Position numbers and translations under genes: made by a program
The notes under the pieces: model-generated
Database searches by the model: none
What the model saw: the letters and a program-made list of their open reading frames with translations, nothing else
Told to the model about the DNA's origin: nothing
Source: Candidatus Limiplasma sp.
GTDB lineage: Bacteria; Bacillota; Clostridia; Christensenellales; Aristaeellaceae
Assembly (NCBI GenBank): GCA_963678055.1
Contig: OY782679.1
Location: forward strand, 1,064,717-1,128,716
Reading direction: 5' to 3'
DNA length: 64,000 nt
Shown here: piece by piece, positions 59,597 through 64,000 of the stretch
Numbering within the stretch: the first letter of the stretch is position 1
Layout of the letters: the number at the start of each line of letters is the position of its first letter

Positions 59597-60760
59597 TTAA
59601 ATGTTTGCGTACACGGCGTTGCGGATTCTGCGAATCACTGCGTTGGTGCCTGCACCGGCAATCTGCTGCATAACAACGAGGATGGATTTTGTATCCGGGC
59701 TAACGCTCATATACGTGCCCGTCCAGCCATCCCAGCCGAACTCTCCCTTAGCGCCCAGTGAGAACGACTGTCCAGGAGACAGCAAAACGCGCATCAGGCC
59801 GCCGTAGCCACAGCCAAGTACCGAATCCCACACCAGATAGCTTTGCTGCTGGGGGGTCAGATGATTTTCGGACAGCCACGAAACAGAATTCTTGGACAGT
59901 ATCCGCTCCTTTTTCAGCTTGCCGCTGCCAAGCAGCATCCGCCCGAAATGCATAACATCGTCGATGGTGGAGTAGATGCCTGCGCCGCCTTCCAAAACGC
60001 TTGGCAGGGAGAATACGCCATGCAGGGACTCGGACTCTGGATGGGTTTTCAGCCCCGTTTCCGTGCGCTCATATACAGTCACCAGGCGGTCGCGCTTTTC
60101 GGCCGGCACAAAGAAGTCGGTATCGGTCATATGCAGAGGCTCAAACAGAACATCCGCCATATATTCGTTAATCGGTTTGCCGGACACCACCTCAATCACC
60201 GCGCCCAGCACATCTGCCGAGGTGCCGTACTTCCAGGCCTCGCCCGGTTGGTGCGCCAGCGGGCTTTGCCCGATGCGGTTGGCTGCGGCGATGGTGGAAA
60301 GCGGGCTTTGATCCATCATTTCCTGTTTCAGCTGCCCGTACAGCGCGGTCATAGCTCGCTCTGCGGGTTCTTCTTCGCCGGGGTAGGGCAGACCGGAGGT
60401 CATCGTGAACAGATCACGCACCTGGACCGGGCGTTTTACGGGCTCGGTTTCGGTATCGCTCAGGGCAACACGCTGATCTTTGAAGCCCTCCAGAAAATCC
60501 GATATGGGGGCGAGTAAGTCCAGCTGGCCGCGCTCGATCAGCGTCATCGCGGTGACGGCTGTCATGGGCTTGGACAGTGAATACAGGCGGTAGATGGAGT
60601 CGCGCGCAATTGGTTTCTGCTGCTGAATATCGGCAAGGCCGTGAAGTTTAAACAGTGCTTCTTCATCGTCATGCCAAAGCATGACAGCCGCACATGCGTT
60701 TTCGCCCTTGGCGGTGGCGTCTTCCAGGATTCGTTCTATATCCCGTTTTAATTGTTTCAT
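59597..60760 (-). CDS. Serine hydrolase of the class C beta-lactamase / PBP4*-like (beta-lactamase fold) family
   Basis: Start at MKQLKRDIERIL (AAAGGAG SD). The SxxK motif sits in YRLYSLSKPMT, and YGT may correspond to a YxN-like motif. Length is about 387 aa. Confidence 0.75.
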   Translation of the reverse strand: MKQLKRDIERILEDATAKGENACAAVMLWHDDEEALFKLHGLADIQQQKPIARDSIYRLYSLSKPMTAVTAMTLIERGQLDLLAPISDFLEGFKDQRVALSDTETEPVKRPVQVRDLFTMTSGLPYPGEEEPAERAMTALYGQLKQEMMDQSPLSTIAAANRIGQSPLAHQPGEAWKYGTSADVLGAVIEVVSGKPINEYMADVLFEPLHMTDTDFFVPAEKRDRLVTVYERTETGLKTHPESESLHGVFSLPSVLEGGAGIYSTIDDVMHFGRMLLGSGKLKKERILSKNSVSWLSENHLTPQQQSYLVWDSVLGCGYGGLMRVLLSPGQSFSLGAKGEFGWDGWTGTYMSVSPDTKSILVVMQQIAGAGTNAVIRRIRNAVYANI

Positions 60761-60891
60761 CGTATATTCGCTCCTTTGGAACTTTGTTTGAAGCATATCA
60801 CCATAGGATTTTCCTGTCAATCCATTCAAAGCAGGCAGGGTTTATTCATTTGAAAATAGAATATTTACTGGATAGCCATGCAGGAGGTTCT

Positions 60892-63800
60892 ATGGAACAA
60901 CAAACAAGCAAGTTCGTAACAGAAGGCGAAACGATATTCCACCGAGGCAGTGTCAGCGCTGCCCGCGAATTGGATGGGGCGCTGCATTTTATGGTGGGAA
61001 CCACTCCGGAGGCGCAGGTTATCCTGCATGCCAACGGGGAAGCAGTCTGTTCCTGCGGAGGAACAGGCGAAGCCGGGTGCGCCCATATCGTGGCGGCGTA
61101 TTGTAAAACCACGGAGGATGGCTCCCTGCAGCGCTTGCAGGACGAGCGTAAACTGTTCCTCGGCAAGGAAATGCTTAAAGCGCTCAGCCGCGCCATGCCC
61201 GATGGTGAATCCGTACGCCTGATGCCGGTCATCCGTTTGTTTGAAGACGGGCGTACCGGGTTTGGCCTGCAAGTGGGGCAGGAGCGCTTATATGCGGTGA
61301 AAAACATTTATGAGTTTTTAAACTGCTACGCCCAGGGGATTCCGCTGGACCTTTCATCGAAATTTACCTATCGACCAACCCAGATGCGCTTTGCCAAAGA
61401 AGAGGAAGCGGTCCTCAACCTGCTGCAAAGCCACCTACCGGTAAAAACTGAAGAGGAAGAAACGCCTCCCCGGCCGCACAGCGAGGGGCGGTTTATCATT
61501 CTGCAAAATGTGTTTTTGCAAAGCGCCATGCGCTTTTTTGAGCGCCACGCCTTTTATCTGCTGGTCGGCGGTGAGCGCCGCCAGCAGCAGGCTATTCGCA
61601 TGGTGGAAGTTCCGTTTTGTTTCTCTGTGAAGATGGACGGCGGGATGCTGTCGGTGCAAACGCAGGGCGCGGAAGGCATTCGTATGATTAGCGCGGACGG
61701 CCGCTATGTGTATTACGACGGACTCATCCGCCGCTTGCACAGCGCGCAGGCCCGCATTGCCAAACTGATCAACCTGCACGGCAAAACCTTCACCTATCCG
61801 GCGGAGGAGGCGGAGGATACGCTGTCGTCACTGTTGCCGGCGCTTTCTATCGTCGGCGAAGTGCTGCCCTCGCAGGAATTAAAGGACAAGCTGATTAACC
61901 AGCCGCTCAAGCCGCGTATTTATGTGGACTTGGCACGCGGCAACGTAGAAGCCAAAGTGGATTTGCACTATGGTGATATTGTCATTCATTTGTTCAACCC
62001 GGATACCGAAACGCGGCAGGAAATGCCCGATGGCAAACTGCTGCTGCGGGACGGGCGCGGGGAAACGGAACTGCTGGACTTTTTCTCGGACGCGGGATTC
62101 GTGGTGCGCCAGGGGCGCATCGTGCTGCGCCGTGCCAAGGATATCCTCGCCTTCTGTACCCAGGGGGTAACCGATCTTGGCAAGCTGGCCGAGGTGTTTG
62201 TCTCCGAAGCCTTCCGGAAAATGAAGCCCCGCCGTTTCAGCGGTACGGCATCGTTCCGCATGCAGGGCGGCCGCTTGTTGTTTTCACTGCTGGAGGGGAA
62301 AAAGCCGGTGGGCGAGTTGTTGCCTGTACTCAAAGCCATTGAAGCCCGCCAGCAGTATGTGCGCCTGAAATCCGGCGAATTTTTGGATATTCGCGATATG
62401 ACGGCCCTGGCCCCCGTAGCCCAGGAACTGCTTGAAGCCGCCGCGCTGGATGACCCACAGGCCGAGCCGGATGCACGGGAACTCAACTTTGGTGCATACC
62501 GTGCAGCGTATATGGTCACCATGCTGAAAATGGCGGGCGGCGATACAAAGGCGACTGACGAGGTGCAAAATACCGCCAAAGCGTTCTCCGAGCATTCCGA
62601 TACCGCGGAAAATTTTGTCCCGGTGCGACTTCGGAAAAAGCTGACGCCCTACCAAATGCGCGGCGCGGGCTGGATTTTATCGCTGTACGAAAGCCGCATG
62701 GGCGGTATTTTAGCCGATGAAATGGGCCTTGGGAAAACCGTGCAGGTCATCGCGGCGCTGTCCGCTGCGAAAAAGAAGAACGGCGCGTCTCAGAATTTGA
62801 TCGTCACGCCGACTTCGCTGATTTATCACTGGCTGGCGGAGTTCAAGCGCTTTGACAAGAACCTGACCATCCGTCTGGTGACGGGGCTTAGAGAGGATCG
62901 CCGCAAGGAACTGCAAAACATCATGGGCGACCGTTCGGTCGATGTGGTACTGACCAGCTATCCCTTGCTGCGGCGTGATATTGACCTGATTAAAACCATG
63001 CCGTTCCGCTTTGCTATTTTGGACGAGGCGCAGTTTGTTAAAAACGCACAGTCCATCGGTGCAGCGGCGGTCAAGGAAGTTGACGCGCAGGTGCGAATCG
63101 CGCTCACGGGCACACCCATGGAAAACCACATGGGCGAGCTGTGGAGCATTTTCGATTTTGTTCTCCCCGGCTATTTGGGCAGGCAGGCCAGTTTCCTGCG
63201 CCGCTACGGTGGCAGTGAACACGCCGAAGAATTGCAGGAGCGTATCAAGCCGTTTATCATGCGCCGCCTCAAGTCTGAAGTGCTCAAGGATTTGCCGGAG
63301 AAACACGAGCAGTCCCTCTACGCGGCCATGACCCCCGAACAGGAACTCATTTATAACCAACTGCTGGAAACCCTGCGCACCCATGTGGGAGAAGCATTGT
63401 CGTCCGGGTCGCTTCCGCGTGCACGTATGCAGGTGCTAAGCATACTGCTTAAACTACGGCAGGTATGCTGCCATCCCAAGCTCTTCCTGGATGACTACGA
63501 AGGTACCAGCGGCAAGCTGGAACTGCTGATTCAAACCGTGAAACAGGCTATCGACGACAAACGCCGACTGCTGATATTTTCACAGTTTGTCGGTATGTTG
63601 CAAATCATCCGCAAGCGCCTAAATCGCGAAGGCATCAAAACGCTGTACCTGGATGGGTCCACTCAGCCGGAGCTGCGGCAGGAGCTGTGCGACCGCTTTA
63701 ACGGCGGTGAAGGCCAGGTATTCTTAATCAGCCTGAAAGCGGGCGGAACAGGCCTGAACCTGATGGGCGCAGATCTGGTCATTCACTACGACCCGTGGTG

Positions 63801-64000
63801 GAACCCGGCTGTGGAAGAGCAGGCCATCGACCGCGCACACCGCATCGGCCAGACGCGGGAAGTGGACGTGATTCGCATGATTGCCCAAGGCACGATTGAG
63901 GAAAAAGTAACCGACCTGTCCAAGCGCAAGCGCGCTGTATTTGACCGTGTTGTGCTGGCGGGCGAAACCGCGCTGTCCAGCTTAACGGAGGACGACATCC
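60892..64000 (+). CDS. SWIM zinc-finger + SNF2-family helicase (YwqA/RapA-like), C-terminus beyond window
   Basis: This ORF is not in the supplied track because it has no stop in the window. The ATG at 60892 follows AGGAGG. Translation gives MEQQTSKFVTEGE...CSCGGTGEAGCAH (SWIM CxCxnCxH). A long helical middle region follows, then the SNF2 motifs LADEMGLGKTVQ, AILDEAQFVKN, LTGTPMENH, SLKAGGTGLNL and QAIDRAHRIGQ. Confidence 0.9.
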   Translation, partial: MEQQTSKFVTEGETIFHRGSVSAARELDGALHFMVGTTPEAQVILHANGEAVCSCGGTGEAGCAHIVAAYCKTTEDGSLQRLQDERKLFLGKEMLKALSRAMPDGESVRLMPVIRLFEDGRTGFGLQVGQERLYAVKNIYEFLNCYAQGIPLDLSSKFTYRPTQMRFAKEEEAVLNLLQSHLPVKTEEEETPPRPHSEGRFIILQNVFLQSAMRFFERHAFYLLVGGERRQQQAIRMVEVPFCFSVKMDGGMLSVQTQGAEGIRMISADGRYVYYDGLIRRLHSAQARIAKLINLHGKTFTYPAEEAEDTLSSLLPALSIVGEVLPSQELKDKLINQPLKPRIYVDLARGNVEAKVDLHYGDIVIHLFNPDTETRQEMPDGKLLLRDGRGETELLDFFSDAGFVVRQGRIVLRRAKDILAFCTQGVTDLGKLAEVFVSEAFRKMKPRRFSGTASFRMQGGRLLFSLLEGKKPVGELLPVLKAIEARQQYVRLKSGEFLDIRDMTALAPVAQELLEAAALDDPQAEPDARELNFGAYRAAYMVTMLKMAGGDTKATDEVQNTAKAFSEHSDTAENFVPVRLRKKLTPYQMRGAGWILSLYESRMGGILADEMGLGKTVQVIAALSAAKKKNGASQNLIVTPTSLIYHWLAEFKRFDKNLTIRLVTGLREDRRKELQNIMGDRSVDVVLTSYPLLRRDIDLIKTMPFRFAILDEAQFVKNAQSIGAAAVKEVDAQVRIALTGTPMENHMGELWSIFDFVLPGYLGRQASFLRRYGGSEHAEELQERIKPFIMRRLKSEVLKDLPEKHEQSLYAAMTPEQELIYNQLLETLRTHVGEALSSGSLPRARMQVLSILLKLRQVCCHPKLFLDDYEGTSGKLELLIQTVKQAIDDKRRLLIFSQFVGMLQIIRKRLNREGIKTLYLDGSTQPELRQELCDRFNGGEGQVFLISLKAGGTGLNLMGADLVIHYDPWWNPAVEEQAIDRAHRIGQTREVDVIRMIAQGTIEEKVTDLSKRKRAVFDRVVLAGETALSSLTEDDI

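Overview
This 64 kb window looks like ordinary chromosomal core from a moderately GC-rich Firmicute, probably class Clostridia. That placement is an inference from T-box leaders, HPr kinase, PPDK, type III glutamine synthetase, Cheo-type LexA boxes and a type-A-like RNase P RNA. I can support about 50 protein genes, 2 tRNAs (initiator and elongator Met), RNase P RNA and 2 T-box leaders (pheST, serS), plus several sigma-A promoters, LexA boxes, Pho boxes and about a dozen rho-independent terminators.

Gene content in order:
- pheST, two hypothetical envelope proteins, rnpB.
- A DUF1680-like/dus/two-secreted-protein operon.
- glnN (GS-III) and an Amt-PII fusion.
- An NlpC/P60 hydrolase, dinB, a GNAT, and mfd-pth-glmU-like.
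- recO and a VOC protein.
- A tadA-HAD-hprK-glcK-asnS string.
- Four accessory-looking enzymes (kinase-fold, Gfo/Idh/MocA, alpha/beta hydrolase, UbiA).
- ppdK, an Fpg/Nei-like gene, a flavodiiron protein, PAS-GGDEF, Rieske, glmS, CNNM/CorC.
- A pstCAB-phoU-phoPR operon with a divergent pstS.
- A GH1-GH13-GH36-GPH sugar operon, serS, a class-C beta-lactamase-fold hydrolase, and a SWIM-SNF2 helicase that runs off the window.

I found no CRISPR array, transposase, integrase, phage block or obvious defence island, so I cannot point to a clear-cut new multi-gene system.

The observations most worth follow-up:
1. pstS appears circularly permuted relative to canonical PstS and is encoded divergently from its operon.
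2. The ammonium transporter is fused to a PII domain and is preceded by a long terminator-like hairpin with no room for its own promoter.
3. A dus-linked operon encodes two distantly paralogous secreted proteins of unknown function.
4. A lipoprotein is built as an (A-B)x2 internal duplication with a 4 x 15-nt tandem repeat linker.
5. The GlmU-like gene has a truncated, degenerate uridyltransferase half.
6. The Fpg/Nei-like gene lacks the catalytic Pro2.

All novelty statements are untested, because no database search was possible.
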